NCBI GenBank assembly: GCA_046758865.1
Contig: JBHIBD010000002.1
Span: 4,128-68,127, forward strand
DNA: 64,000 nucleotides
Source: Candidatus Brocadiales bacterium
GTDB lineage: Bacteria > Planctomycetota > Brocadiia > Brocadiales > Bathyanammoxibiaceae
Direction: 5' to 3'
The position numbers and the translations under genes are program-made. Positions 1 through 9,834 of this stretch are shown piece by piece. How positions within the stretch are numbered: the stretch's first letter is position 1; the number at the start of each line of letters is the position of its first letter. The notes beneath the pieces are model-generated. The model was not told the origin of the DNA, did not search any database, and worked only from the letters and a program-made list of their open reading frames with translations.

Positions 1-911
1 GCTACTACAGCCTATTGATACCGGTAATGGTTGTAAAACTCTTCCCTGCAATGGTGCTGATAGCGGTGGGATTTGTTCTGGTTAAGATGAGTAAAGGCAA
101 TGAGATAGTGGCGATGCAGGTCTCTGGCCTGAGCATGTCCAGAATTCTACTTCCCCTCTTTGTTGCTGTTGGTGTTCTGTCTTTGGCGTGCTTGGCAAAC
201 CAGGAGCTTCTTATACCTGTATTTGCAGACCGGCTGGAACGTTCTAGAACCATAACATTTGACGAGAGCGAGCTCAGAAACCTCTTGGTCAAAGACTTTA
301 CCAACCGACTCGTCGTACGAGTGGCGAAATACGACATCGCAGAGGAAACCATGCATTCTGTCTTCATACTAAGAAGGACAGGCGAGGACGGCCTCACGAC
401 AGTTAGCGCCAAAGAGGGTAAGTGGATTGGCGATAACACGTGGTACCTCACAGGCCTTGTGATTAACAACTACGAAGGCGGTAAGTGGATACCCCCATCA
501 GAAGCAAAGAAGGACTATTTCTTGGAAACGGAGATTGGTCCTGAAGATATGAGAGAGAAGGAAAGAGACCCAGACCTTATAAGTCTTGTTCAACTATGGA
601 CGCTTTCCAAAAAAGACCCCAATAACCCACGTTACCCGGTCTTTTTTCACACAAGACTCGCTTATCCGTTCGTTGGCCCTGTACTGGTGCTGTTAGGTGT
701 TCCATTCATAGTAGGTTTTGAAAGGCTGAGAAAGAACATTTTCTTTAGTATAAGTGCCCTGATTGCCATAGTATGTTGTTTCTTTGTGGTTAACATATTC
801 TGCACCAACCTGGGCGTCACAGGAAACCTCCACCCCGCACTAGCCGGTTGGTTACCCGTGACGATATTTGCCATAGTAGGATTTATCATCTTCGACTGGA
901 CGAGAACCTAG
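1..911 (+). CDS. LptF/LptG-family (YjgP/YjgQ) LPS-export permease, 5' end cut by window edge
   Basis: ORF 15..911 stays open back to nt 3. TM segments at both ends flank a soluble middle domain, as in LptF/G. Confidence 0.7.
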   Translation, partial: YYSLLIPVMVVKLFPAMVLIAVGFVLVKMSKGNEIVAMQVSGLSMSRILLPLFVAVGVLSLACLANQELLIPVFADRLERSRTITFDESELRNLLVKDFTNRLVVRVAKYDIAEETMHSVFILRRTGEDGLTTVSAKEGKWIGDNTWYLTGLVINNYEGGKWIPPSEAKKDYFLETEIGPEDMREKERDPDLISLVQLWTLSKKDPNNPRYPVFFHTRLAYPFVGPVLVLLGVPFIVGFERLRKNIFFSISALIAIVCCFFVVNIFCTNLGVTGNLHPALAGWLPVTIFAIVGFIIFDWTRT

Positions 912-912
912 T

Positions 913-1722
913 ATGAAAAAAAAGCGCCTCTTGAGAGTAGCCGCTGTCCAGCTATCGTCTCAGGACGGCAAGAGACAAAATATAGAAAAGGCGCTGGAAT
1001 TTATTGATAAGGCAGGGGCGTGTGGGGCTAGATTGGTGGTACTGCCGGAGCTGTTCAATTGTTATAGTACCCTTGGGAAAATGGTGAAGAAGGCAGAACC
1101 TGTACCGGGACCGACGATAAATACGCTTGCCCAAAAGGCCCGCCGCAATAAGCTCTATCTCCTCTGTGGCAGTATTCTTGAGGCAGCAACTGGAGGCAAG
1201 TTCTTCAATACCTCTGTAATAGTTGGGCCAAGGGGAGACATCCTGGGAATCTACAGGAAGGTAAATCTCTTTGATGTAGATATTCCCGGAGGAGTGCGCT
1301 TCAAGGAGTCTGAAAGGATACTACCCGGCAGTGAGATAGTAACGGTAAATGTAAATGGGCTTGTCGTTGGGCTGACCATCTGTTACGACCTGCGTTTCCC
1401 AGAAATATTCAGCGCCCTTAACGGCAGGGGAGCAGAACTCATACTCATACCCTCCGCATTTGCTGCCCATACTGGAAAGGACCACTGGGAGGTCCTTCTC
1501 AGGGCAAGGGCCATAGAAAATCAGGCATTCGTGGTGGCCCCAAATCAGTTTGGTACACATCCAAACCGCATAACCACCTACGGACACAGTATGATAGTCG
1601 ACCCCTGGGGCATCGTACTCTCACAGGCCCCAGATAAGGTGTGTGTCATATCGTCAGAATTGGATATAGATATTTTGAAGGCGGTAAGGAAGAACATGCC
1701 GATGAAGCGACAAAAAGTGTAA
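913..1722 (+). CDS. Carbon-nitrogen hydrolase (nitrilase superfamily, Nit/omega-amidase-like)
   Basis: 269 aa. RVAAVQL N-terminus, LVVLPELF and ICYDLRFPE catalytic-Cys context. Confidence 0.85.
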   Translation: MKKKRLLRVAAVQLSSQDGKRQNIEKALEFIDKAGACGARLVVLPELFNCYSTLGKMVKKAEPVPGPTINTLAQKARRNKLYLLCGSILEAATGGKFFNTSVIVGPRGDILGIYRKVNLFDVDIPGGVRFKESERILPGSEIVTVNVNGLVVGLTICYDLRFPEIFSALNGRGAELILIPSAFAAHTGKDHWEVLLRARAIENQAFVVAPNQFGTHPNRITTYGHSMIVDPWGIVLSQAPDKVCVISSELDIDILKAVRKNMPMKRQKV

Positions 1723-1742
1723 CTACAGCTTGGAAGGGGAAA

Positions 1743-1824
1743 GGAGGGAGGCCAGATAGTGCCTATCTATCTGGCCTTTCTGGGAAAAACTGCCTGTAGT
1801 TCTGTATGGCAGGTAACAGAACCA
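1743..1824 (+). repeat. 82-bp hairpin-containing dispersed repeat, copy 1 (identical copy at 24790-24871)
   Basis: Manual alignment gives 82/82 identity at offset 23047. Stem GGCCAGATAG/CTATCTGGCC is followed by TTTCT. Confidence 0.9.
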
Positions 1825-2057
1825 CAGGTAAGTAGAGCAATTACAATGCCATGTTATAGAATGTTTACAAGACTGTTGTGGTAAGGCATTATATCTTTTT
1901 TGAGTATATCTATCGTTGTGTGAAATATAGGCTTATGTTCACAGTAATAAAAGTCTTGCAATGTCCGGTCGATATTGAGAATAGTATCATCGAGACTATT
2001 GTATGTCGGATACTACGGCATTGCTGTAGAAGTATACAGTATTTTGGTATTTAGCCC

Positions 2058-2810
2058 ATGGCATTTAGGCAATATCTAGCGGCCTTTACTAACCTCCTCT
2101 ACCCGATGCATTGCTTTGGCTGCCGAAGGAGTCTTCATGGTGAGGAGAGTCGGTATCTTTGCAAGAGCTGCTGGGGAGGAATAAGTTATATTACAGGCAC
2201 ACGATGCCCGAGGTGTGGCATGGGCCTTGGTGATTATGCCCTGATTTCTCTGGAAGGCTGCGTGGAATGTAGGACCCACAGGTTCAGGTTTGATGGCGCC
2301 TTTTCTGCTGTCTATTATGAGGGTGTCATAAAAGAGCTTATACATCAATTCAAATATGGAAGACAAGAATTTCTCGCAGCACCCCTGGCAGAAATCCTCG
2401 TGCGGTATGTCAAAGAAAGCAACCTTAGTCTAGCCAATATAGATAAAGTGGTGGCTGTACCCCTCCATTGGAGGAAGAGGACAGAGCGGGGTTTTAACCA
2501 GGCAGAGCTTTTGGGGCGAAACGTTGGAAGGTTTCTTGGTATAGATGTATGCATTGGGGGCCTACAGAGGGTCCGAAACACCCGTTCCCAGACCAGCCTT
2601 CCCTATTATCGGCGTGAAGAAAATGTTCGTGATGCCTTTTTGGTCAAAAAACCCGCCGAATTTGGAGAAAAGGACATACTTCTTGTAGACGATGTCCTGA
2701 CCTCTGGCCTTACCGCATCGGAATGTGCCAGGGTTCTTAAAGAGGCCGGAGCAAGAAGGGTCTATGTCCTTACAGTTGTGAAATCTAGACGAATGATGGC
2801 CAGAGCTTAA
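2058..2810 (+). CDS. comF: ComF-family protein (phosphoribosyltransferase domain)
   Basis: N-terminal Cys-rich zinc-ribbon motifs, GFNQAELL, and C-terminal LLVDDVLTSG PRTase motif. Confidence 0.85.
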   Translation: MAFRQYLAAFTNLLYPMHCFGCRRSLHGEESRYLCKSCWGGISYITGTRCPRCGMGLGDYALISLEGCVECRTHRFRFDGAFSAVYYEGVIKELIHQFKYGRQEFLAAPLAEILVRYVKESNLSLANIDKVVAVPLHWRKRTERGFNQAELLGRNVGRFLGIDVCIGGLQRVRNTRSQTSLPYYRREENVRDAFLVKKPAEFGEKDILLVDDVLTSGLTASECARVLKEAGARRVYVLTVVKSRRMMARA

Positions 2811-2866
2811 TACCCTTGACTACCCAGGCTCGAAAAAGTACAATAAAAGTGAAAAAAATCGGCCAG

Positions 2867-3235
2867 ATGTTCCTAAAGTTAAGAGAAAGGAACCCCCCTT
2901 TGAATATCATAGTTTCTGGAAGGCATCTCAGCATAACCGATGCCATAAAGAGCTATGCTGAGAAGAAAGTCAAGAAGTTAGAGAAGTATTTTGATAAGCT
3001 TATTAAGGTACAAGTAAACCTGGATGTGGAGAGCGAGAGGCACCGTGCAGAGATGATTGCCTCTGCAGCAAGGGGCTCGATACTTATAGCAGAGGTTATT
3101 GACCACGATATCTATGCAGCTATAGACAGGGCAACGGACAAATTAGAGAGGCAGTTAACCCGACATAAGGAAAAGCTGCACAAAAAGAGACCAAAGAAGG
3201 GGTCCCCACCGATTGGTCCAGCGGCAGGTCCATGA
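2867..3235 (+). CDS. hpf: Ribosome hibernation promoting factor (HPF/RaiA, sigma-54 modulation protein family)
   Basis: LNIIVSGRHLSITDAIKSYAEKKVKKLEKYF is typical HPF. Start is uncertain: the ORF opens at 2816, ATG at 2867, and TTG at 2900 is preceded by AAGGA. Confidence 0.85.
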   Translation: MFLKLRERNPPLNIIVSGRHLSITDAIKSYAEKKVKKLEKYFDKLIKVQVNLDVESERHRAEMIASAARGSILIAEVIDHDIYAAIDRATDKLERQLTRHKEKLHKKRPKKGSPPIGPAAGP

Positions 3236-3338
3236 GGAAGGCTGGGGAAGAGCACGCCTCTGCAGAGGCTCTTTGACGTTATTGGTTTGCTAAGATACTT
3301 GTTCAGCGGTGGGGGCTTTTTCCCAGTTGGAGGATTAG

Positions 3339-3821
3339 ATGAAGCTGACTGACTTCCTTGTCGAGGAGTCGATAATCTATGAATTAAAGTTTAGAGATAA
3401 GAAAAGCGCTATCAGGGAGATGGTTGAGGCCCTTACACGGTCTCATAAGATCCCTGCTAAGGAAGTCGATAGTGTGATGGCTGCACTCATGAAGAGGGAG
3501 CAGCTGGGCAGCACCGGAATAGGTGGCGGAGTGGCAGTACCTCACACAAAACACGGGTTCGTGTCAAGGCTGTTAGTGACGGTTGCACGCTCAGAAGAAG
3601 GCGTAGACTTCGATGCCTTGGATGGAGAGCCTGTACACCTTGTTTTTCTTCTTTTATCCCCTAATGAGACCGCTGGTGCGCACCTGCAAGCCCTCGAAAG
3701 GATAGCCACACTTATAAGGGACAATGATTTTAGACGCTTTATGACTACGGCTTCTAACAAGGAGGAAATGATAGAGATCCTCAGAGAGGTAGACAGTCAC
3801 CGCACTGGAAGCTTGACCTAA
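3339..3821 (+). CDS. ptsN: PTS EIIA-Ntr (nitrogen regulatory IIA protein)
   Basis: 160 aa. GGGVAVPH active-site His context. Lies next to hpf and HPr/EI. Confidence 0.85.
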   Translation: MKLTDFLVEESIIYELKFRDKKSAIREMVEALTRSHKIPAKEVDSVMAALMKREQLGSTGIGGGVAVPHTKHGFVSRLLVTVARSEEGVDFDALDGEPVHLVFLLLSPNETAGAHLQALERIATLIRDNDFRRFMTTASNKEEMIEILREVDSHRTGSLT

Positions 3822-3858
3822 GCCTGCTGGACCATTTTCCCATCGGTAAAACACAATC

Positions 3859-5868
3859 ATGAATCGTCAACTACGGATATTGAATGCGGACGGCCTCCAT
3901 GCCCGTCCGGCCACCCGCTTTGCAGAGATAGCAAACAAGTACTCTGCGAAGATAAAGGTGAAGGCCAAGGATAAAGAGGTCAATGGTAAGAGTGTCATAG
4001 AGCTGCTAACGCTTGGTGCTGAACGGGGTACTGATATACGCATCATGGCAGACGGCAACGACGCTAATGATGCATTGGATGCCCTCTCCAGTCTGGTAAG
4101 TGGTAACTTCGATGAACAAACGATGGTTGTCAAGAAGGGTATAGCCCTGGCACCGGGTGTGGTGATAAGAAAGGCGTTTATTTTGGAGGGAACAGGCTAC
4201 TGGGTAAAGAGGAATTTTATCCTCGAGGAACAGGTCCCCCATGAAATAAAGAGACTTAAGAAGGCTATAGAAGCGACAGAGAAGCAGATGCTGGAACTTG
4301 AAAATCAGGTTTCCTCAAGACTGGGGCATGAAATAGCAACCGTCCTTGAGGCCCACAGGATGATATTGCGGGATGAGCATCTTAAGAGGGAATTTATCTC
4401 TAAAATAGAAAATTTTTGGGTCACAGCAGAGTTTGCCGTCTCGATGGTCTTGAAAGGCTATATAAAGAAATTCCACAGCATCGAAAACCAATACATAAAG
4501 GAACGGGCAGGCGATATAGTTGATATAGAGAACAAACTGCTGGGCAACCTGATGGGGGAGAAGCGCGAAGAGTTAAAAAATCTCTCGGAAGAGGTAGTAC
4601 TTATCACCCGCGTTTTAAGGCCTTCAGAGACAGCATCTCTCGATGCAGAAAAGATAAAAGGTTTTGCTACGGAGGTCGGCGGTAGAACATCACACACTGC
4701 CATACTGGCTCGCGCCTTGGGGATACCAGGCGTAGTGGGCCTCGGCACTATCACCACGGAGATTTACCCAGGTGATACGGTCATCATCGACGGAAACAAA
4801 GGCGTGGTAATATTAAGGCCTGACGAAGAGACCATAAATGAGTATGCGGAGAGGGAAAAGACTATACATGTATTTGAGGCCAAGCTTACTCAAGAATTAC
4901 AGGACCAGCCTGCTGAGACACCAGATGGCAGGGCGATAACCATCATGGGAAACATCGATTTCCCCAGGGAAGTTAAGACCCATCTACGCTACGGTGCCAG
5001 CGGTGTTGGGCTTTACAGGACGGAGTACCTCTTCCTTGAGACGGGCAATCCTCCCACTGAAGGACATCACCTTAGGTCTTACCTTGAGTCTGTGGAGCAG
5101 CTCGGGGACAGGCCGATCGTTGTAAGGACGGTGGACCTGGGGGCCGATAAGTTCTTCAATGGCAATGACTACATGGAATCAAATCCATTTCTGGGGTGCC
5201 GTTCCATCCGTTACTGCTTTGAACACCCGAACATATTTAACACCCAGCTAAAGGCAATCCTCAGGGCATCGGCCCTGAAGAAGAACGTAAGGATACTCTT
5301 TCCGCTTATTTCCTCCCTGCAGGAGTTCCGCAGGGCAAAGAAGATGGTTAGAGAGGCAATGGAAGAATTGGAGAGAAAAGGATTACCTTTTGACGAGAAC
5401 ATACCCATGGGGATTATGATAGAGGTGCCCTCATCTGTTCTGATAGCAGATGTGCTGGCTAAAGAAGCAGACTTCTTTAGCATAGGCACCAACGACCTAG
5501 TCCAGTACTCCTTGGCCATAGATAGGGACAACGAGGGGGTGGCCAAAATGTATTGCCCAGCACACCCCGCCATACTAAGGCTACTTAAGATGACCATTGA
5601 AGTTGCCGAAAATAACAATATTCCGGTGACGATGTGTGGCGAAATGGGCAGTGAATTGGAATATTTGGTGCTTCTGATGGGTTTGGGCCTAACAGAGTTC
5701 AGTGTGGCGCCGCCTACCATAATCCCTGCACTAAAGAAGGTTATACGCACCATTACATATGAAAGGGCTAGGGAGGTGGCCGAAGAGGTGTCCAAATTCA
5801 CTGACCCGGAGAAATCGGTACGCTACCTAAGAGAAATTACCAAAGAGATTCTCCCCGAGGCCTTCTAG
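3859..5868 (+). CDS. ptsI: Fused HPr domain + PEP-protein phosphotransferase (Enzyme I)
   Basis: N-terminal ~88 aa has the HPr motif GLHARPA. The remainder is EI (GGRTSHTAILAR phospho-His loop, PEP-utilising C-terminal TIM-barrel motifs). Confidence 0.9.
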   Translation: MNRQLRILNADGLHARPATRFAEIANKYSAKIKVKAKDKEVNGKSVIELLTLGAERGTDIRIMADGNDANDALDALSSLVSGNFDEQTMVVKKGIALAPGVVIRKAFILEGTGYWVKRNFILEEQVPHEIKRLKKAIEATEKQMLELENQVSSRLGHEIATVLEAHRMILRDEHLKREFISKIENFWVTAEFAVSMVLKGYIKKFHSIENQYIKERAGDIVDIENKLLGNLMGEKREELKNLSEEVVLITRVLRPSETASLDAEKIKGFATEVGGRTSHTAILARALGIPGVVGLGTITTEIYPGDTVIIDGNKGVVILRPDEETINEYAEREKTIHVFEAKLTQELQDQPAETPDGRAITIMGNIDFPREVKTHLRYGASGVGLYRTEYLFLETGNPPTEGHHLRSYLESVEQLGDRPIVVRTVDLGADKFFNGNDYMESNPFLGCRSIRYCFEHPNIFNTQLKAILRASALKKNVRILFPLISSLQEFRRAKKMVREAMEELERKGLPFDENIPMGIMIEVPSSVLIADVLAKEADFFSIGTNDLVQYSLAIDRDNEGVAKMYCPAHPAILRLLKMTIEVAENNNIPVTMCGEMGSELEYLVLLMGLGLTEFSVAPPTIIPALKKVIRTITYERAREVAEEVSKFTDPEKSVRYLREITKEILPEAF

Positions 5869-5921
5869 GGGAAAACCTATTGCCTGTTTTTCTGGCGTAA
5901 TCCCTGGCAAATTTCTTTAAA

Positions 5922-6593
5922 TTGCAAGAGAAAAGTATTGTAGGAAGGGGCCGACACATAAGGGTTAGGCTCAGATTCCAGAAGACTGGGGTCTTGAGGC
6001 TCATCTCCCATCACGACCTAATGAGGTTGTTCGAAAGGGCTATCAGGAGGGCCAACATCCCTATCTGGATGAGCCAGGGCTTTAACCCACGGCCAAAGAT
6101 GTCTTTCCCAACGGCGCTAGCCCTGGGAATAGAGGGTATCGATGAGATTATAGAGCTAGAACTCTCCCAATGGATGGCACCTGGGAAATTGCAGGAGTGC
6201 CTGAAGGCACAGCTCCCACCGGGCCTAGTTATAACCTCAGCCGAGCCTATCACCCCTCGAAGCCCTTCCAGGGTAGATGAGTTGGTCTATCAAATTGAAG
6301 TGGACCTTCCTAAAGAGATAACACAGGAAAAGGTTGATGAATTCCTTGCTGAAAAAAAATTTCAAATATCAAGAGAGAAGAAGGGTGGAAAGAAGCTCTT
6401 TAACCTCCGCTCCTCAATAGTATCCATAACACTGGAAGACAATGTCCTCCTGTTAAAACTCAAGCCTACCAAGGAAGGCACGGCGCGTCCAGACGAAGTC
6501 CTCAAGGCCCTCGGACTAAAAATGGGTATAGGGAGTACACCGAGGATAACGAGGAGCGCTGTCCATCTTTCTTCCTCTCAGAAGGGTGATTAA
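5922..6593 (+). CDS. TIGR03936/DUF2344 radical-SAM-associated protein
   Basis: RFQKTGVLRLISHHDLMRLFERAIRRANIPIWMSQGFNPRPKMSF is the family signature. TTG start is uncertain. Confidence 0.8.
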   Translation: MQEKSIVGRGRHIRVRLRFQKTGVLRLISHHDLMRLFERAIRRANIPIWMSQGFNPRPKMSFPTALALGIEGIDEIIELELSQWMAPGKLQECLKAQLPPGLVITSAEPITPRSPSRVDELVYQIEVDLPKEITQEKVDEFLAEKKFQISREKKGGKKLFNLRSSIVSITLEDNVLLLKLKPTKEGTARPDEVLKALGLKMGIGSTPRITRSAVHLSSSQKGD

Positions 6594-8154
6594 AACCATG
6601 AGCAAAAAAATGTTAATAAATGTAGTGGAACCTGAAGAGAGCCGCATAGCCATCCTGGAAGATAATACGTTGGAAGAGCTCTATATTGAACGTATATCCA
6701 AGGGTCAGACGGTAGGAAACATCTACATGGGTAGGGTGTCCAACATAGAGCCTAGCCTGGAGGCTGCCTTTGTGGACATAGGGTTAAAAAGAAACGGCTT
6801 CCTTCACATAAGTGAGGTGCTGAATGCTGTTCTTGGTGAGGAGGAAAAAGCAGAGAAAACACGAAGCAAGAAGGAACAAAGGCGAATACAGTCACTGCTC
6901 AAGCCAGGTCAAGAACTTCTGGTACAAATAATAAGGGAGGGCGTTGGTGAAAAGGGGCCAAGCCTTACCGGCTACATAAGTCTGCCTGGCCGCTACTTGG
7001 TTCTCATGCCCTACGCCACCAGGCACGGCGTATCAAGAAAGATTTTGGACGAAGAGGAACGGGCACGACTCAAGCAGATCATCAAAGAACTAAAACCTCC
7101 AGCTAACATGGGCCTTATCGTTCGTACCGCTGGGGCGGGTCAGACCAAGAGAGAACTTTCCAAAGACCTCAACTATTTACTCCGCCTGTGGAAGGCGGTG
7201 GAGGAGCGACAAACGAACACCCTTATCCCTTCACTCATATACCAAGAGAGCGACCTGGTCATCAGGACCATCAGAGATATTTTCTCCCCGGATATTGAGG
7301 AGATAATCGTTGACTCGGAGGACACTTACAGAAAGACCAAAGATTTCCTGAAGCAGATAATGCCAAAATACGTTAAAAGTGTAAGGCTCCACAGGGCGAG
7401 AGTACCCATATTCCACAAATACCGCATCGAAGAAGAAATTGAAATGATAAACAATAGGAAGATACCCCTAAAGCAGGGGGGCTCTCTGGTTATAGAACAG
7501 ACGGAAGCCCTGGTGGCGATAGATGTAAACAGTGGACGGTTTAAAAAGGGCGCCGACCCAGAAGAGACCGCCTTTAGAACCAATATAGAAGCCACTAAGG
7601 AGATTGTCCGACAAATTCGTTTGCGTGACCTGGGGGGAGTTATTATAATAGATTTTATTGATATGCAGCAAGAGCCTCACAGGCGCGCGGTGGAAAAGGC
7701 CCTTGCTGATGCCCTGAAGAAGGACTGGGCGCGTACCAAAATGCTCAAGATGTCAAAGTTCGGCATCGTTGAGATTACGAGGCAAAGGATTAAGCGCAGC
7801 CTGAGGGATGCACTGTACGAAAGCTGCCCAGAGTGCGGGGGAACCGGGTTCACAAAGACCGTAGAAAGCCTTAGCCTCAATATAATGAGGGAAATAAGGT
7901 CTGCCCTCGATAATAAAGAACTTAAAACAATCGAGGTGGTGGCAGACAACCAGGTAGCCCAATTTCTACAGAATCAGAAGAGAAAACATATATCTGAACT
8001 TGAAGACCATTATAGTAAAAGGATAGTGGTAAAAAGCGCTGTAGAAAATGGATGGAGGGTGGGCGACATAAGGATAAATTACTTCAACTCAGACGGTCGG
8101 CCCATTGACCCTGTAAAGAAGGGGGAGACACGTGTACGCCATAATAAAGGATAG
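6586..8154 (+). CDS. rng: Ribonuclease E/G family endoribonuclease (RNase G size)
   Basis: 522 aa. S1 domain (GNIYMGRVSNIEPSLEAAFVDIG), DNase-I-like core, and CPxCxGxG zinc-link motif. Confidence 0.9.
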   Translation: MIKTMSKKMLINVVEPEESRIAILEDNTLEELYIERISKGQTVGNIYMGRVSNIEPSLEAAFVDIGLKRNGFLHISEVLNAVLGEEEKAEKTRSKKEQRRIQSLLKPGQELLVQIIREGVGEKGPSLTGYISLPGRYLVLMPYATRHGVSRKILDEEERARLKQIIKELKPPANMGLIVRTAGAGQTKRELSKDLNYLLRLWKAVEERQTNTLIPSLIYQESDLVIRTIRDIFSPDIEEIIVDSEDTYRKTKDFLKQIMPKYVKSVRLHRARVPIFHKYRIEEEIEMINNRKIPLKQGGSLVIEQTEALVAIDVNSGRFKKGADPEETAFRTNIEATKEIVRQIRLRDLGGVIIIDFIDMQQEPHRRAVEKALADALKKDWARTKMLKMSKFGIVEITRQRIKRSLRDALYESCPECGGTGFTKTVESLSLNIMREIRSALDNKELKTIEVVADNQVAQFLQNQKRKHISELEDHYSKRIVVKSAVENGWRVGDIRINYFNSDGRPIDPVKKGETRVRHNKG

Positions 8155-8446
8155 AGGCAAACAGTATAAGGTGACGCCAGGAGAAAGCATCCTCATTGAC
8201 TCACTGGAGGGCCTAAAAGAGGCTGACCGGATAGAGTTCGATGAAGTGGTGGCCGTAGGGGGCGATGATAAGGGTAAGATTGGCACACCGCTTGTCAAGG
8301 GAGCAAAGGTAGTTGGCGAGGTAGAAGGCCAAAGACAAGGAGACAAGATAACCGTCTTCAAATTTAAACGAAGAAAAGGCTACAGGAGAAAGAGGGGCCA
8401 CAGACAACGTTTTACACTGGTGAAAATAAAGGGAATTGTCGTATAA
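8132..8446 (+). CDS. rplU: 50S ribosomal protein L21
   Basis: MYAIIKDRGKQYKV start. GTG start overlaps the rng 3' end. Confidence 0.95.
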   Translation: MYAIIKDRGKQYKVTPGESILIDSLEGLKEADRIEFDEVVAVGGDDKGKIGTPLVKGAKVVGEVEGQRQGDKITVFKFKRRKGYRRKRGHRQRFTLVKIKGIVV

Positions 8447-8464
8447 TAAAAAGAGGAAGGAATC

Positions 8465-8707
8465 ATGGCACATAAGAAGGGACAAGGCTCAAGCAGGAAC
8501 GGGCGCGACAGCAACCCTCAGTACCGAGGGGTAAAACGCTATGGCGGGGAGTTTGTCACGGCCGGCTCAATAATAGTGAGGCAGTGCGGTACCAAGTTCC
8601 GTCCTGGCTTTAACGTGGGCCGCGGTCGCGATGACACCCTCTTCGCCAAGGCAAGCGGAACAGTGCGTTTCGATACAGGCAGACGTGTGAGCGTTTATTC
8701 CTCATAA
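8465..8707 (+). CDS. rpmA: 50S ribosomal protein L27
   Basis: [24 protein letters not shown]. Confidence 0.95.
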   Translation: MAHKKGQGSSRNGRDSNPQYRGVKRYGGEFVTAGSIIVRQCGTKFRPGFNVGRGRDDTLFAKASGTVRFDTGRRVSVYSS

Positions 8708-8782
8708 TCACAGCCTGGCCACAAGGGCGTTTTCTGCACATTAGGGGAGCACATCTTGCTCCCCTTTTTCTATCACGTCAAT

Positions 8783-9817
8783 ATGTTCATAGACGAAGCC
8801 ACAATCTACGTTAAGGGAGGCGACGGAGGTCACGGCTGTGTGAGTTTCCGACGGGAGAAGTTCGTGCCAAAGGGCGGCCCTGATGGTGGAGATGGAGGAA
8901 AGGGTGGTGATGTGATCCTCCGCACAAGCGCAAAGATAGATACACTCATGGACATTACTTCCAGAGTAAAATATATGGCAGAGAACGGGCGCCACGGGGA
9001 GGGTTCCAACAAGCATGGTCGCAACGGGAAGAATCTAATTATGCACCTACCAGTAGGGACAGTAGTCAAGGACAGAGATAGTGGCCGTGTGCTAAAGGAC
9101 CTCACAGAACCAGGGCAGTGGATACGCATCGCCAGGGGCGGCAGGGGCGGTAGAGGAAACAAATATTTTGCCAGTTCAACCAACAGAACGCCACGCATAG
9201 CGGAAAGGGGCGAGAAGGGCAAGGAACGCTGGCTCAAACTGGAACTAAAGCTTGTTGCCGATGTCGGAGTTATAGGGATGCCCAACGCAGGGAAATCTAC
9301 CCTCCTGTCCCGCATATCTAAAGCACACCCAAAGATTGCCGAATATCCGTTCACAACACTTTATCCCCACCTCGGCATCGTGGAGATAGAAGAATACCGA
9401 AGAATAGTGGTGGCTGACCTACCCGGACTCATCCAGGGTGCCCACAGTGGCGTAGGCCTGGGAGATGAGTTTCTTCGACACGTAGAGCGCACCAAGTTGC
9501 TGCTGCACCTCATCGACATCGCCCCCAAGAGTGGCCCAGACCCACTTGAGGCCTATCGTATCATAAGAAAGGAGCTAGAACTCTATAACCCAGAACTCTC
9601 GAAGAAAAGAGAGATAATCGCAGCCAACAAAATAGACATTATTGACGAGACCCTCTACAAGAAAAGAGTCAAGTCGTTGGAAGAAACTATATCACAACCC
9701 GTTTACGGCATCTCTGCTAAGAAGGGAAACAACCTGGAAGTGCTTCTTAAGGTTGTGGCCGAGACGCTTAGAACTTTATCCAGCGAAACCCGGTTAGAGG
9801 AAACCGCCACTATATAG
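8783..9817 (+). CDS. obg: GTPase Obg/CgtA
   Basis: MFIDEATIYVKGGDGGHGCVSFRREKF Obg fold plus GMPNAGKST P-loop. The ORF opens at 8756 but the family N-terminus matches the ATG at 8783. Confidence 0.93.
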   Translation: MFIDEATIYVKGGDGGHGCVSFRREKFVPKGGPDGGDGGKGGDVILRTSAKIDTLMDITSRVKYMAENGRHGEGSNKHGRNGKNLIMHLPVGTVVKDRDSGRVLKDLTEPGQWIRIARGGRGGRGNKYFASSTNRTPRIAERGEKGKERWLKLELKLVADVGVIGMPNAGKSTLLSRISKAHPKIAEYPFTTLYPHLGIVEIEEYRRIVVADLPGLIQGAHSGVGLGDEFLRHVERTKLLLHLIDIAPKSGPDPLEAYRIIRKELELYNPELSKKREIIAANKIDIIDETLYKKRVKSLEETISQPVYGISAKKGNNLEVLLKVVAETLRTLSSETRLEETATI

Positions 9818-9834
9818 TATAGTTAGCAATCACC

